The notes under the pieces: generated by a model | Told to the model about the DNA's origin: nothing | Seen by the model: the letters and a program-made list of their open reading frames with translations, nothing else | Databases searched by the model: none | Position numbers and translations under genes: made by a program | Virus record (IMG/VR): IMGVR_UViG_3300046751_000335 | Coordinates: 1 to 26,277 of that record | DNA length: 26,277 nucleotides | Reading direction: 5' to 3' (one strand) | Origin: a virus | Lineage: Duplodnaviria; Caudoviricetes | Shown here: in pieces, positions 26,132 through 26,277 of the stretch | How the letters are laid out: each line of letters starts with the position of its first letter | Numbering within the stretch: position 1 is the stretch's first letter

Positions 26132-26277
26132 CCCTGGTTTGACAGGTGGCATCACCTTTATGCAAGGTGAGGAAGTGTCAGCCTATAGAACACCTGTCGT
26201 TAAAGTAGCTAACAAGAAGATTCTAAACCTTGTTAGGATAGTTGATTACTTAAAGTTATATAGGCCAGAAGTTGTTT
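26112..26277 (+). CDS. ruvC: RuvC-like Holliday junction resolvase, N-terminus (3' truncated; not in ORF track)
   Basis: GGAG RBS. MRVCGIDPGLTGGITF... carries the GIDPG..G first catalytic motif, and the frame is open to the window end. Confidence 0.8.
   Translation, partial: MRVCGIDPGLTGGITFMQGEEVSAYRTPVVKVANKKILNLVRIVDYLKLYRPEVV

Noticed and set aside
1-26277. tRNA/rRNA genes, introns, inteins, integrase, stop-codon reassignment
   Set aside because: Genes tile almost without gaps under the standard code, with TAA, TAG and TGA all used as coupled stops. No such elements were recognised.

Overview
About 26 kb of a lytic-looking dsDNA podovirus genome, probably a marine phage. Its layout resembles HTVC010P/BPP-1-type phages: a T7-like virion module with no RNA or DNA polymerase in this window. 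The + strand (1-23226) carries the TerL C-terminus, portal, a cluster of small K/R-rich proteins, scaffold, major capsid, tail adaptor and nozzle, and three ejection proteins, the largest with an N-terminal pesticin-like lysozyme. A tail fibre, a modular array of fibre/receptor-binding genes and a membrane/holin cassette with no recognisable stand-alone endolysin follow. A convergent - strand early operon (23213-25837) encodes a YqaJ-like exonuclease and a Sak/DUF1071-like annealase. A short divergent control region then leads to an XRE HTH protein and a RuvC-like gene. Main leads: (i) a T-TTA-AAA/A10 slippery site exactly at the end of the lysozyme domain that could release a free endolysin; (ii) a recurring TAATGTGAAT motif at operon starts and in the divergent region; (iii) a 26-bp tandem leader repeat before the capsid gene; (iv) a duplicated adaptor+tip fibre array; (v) a permuted papain-like protein next to the basic microproteins; (vi) codon-level avoidance of CCWGG and GATC. 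All family calls are from motif recognition by eye, not database searches.
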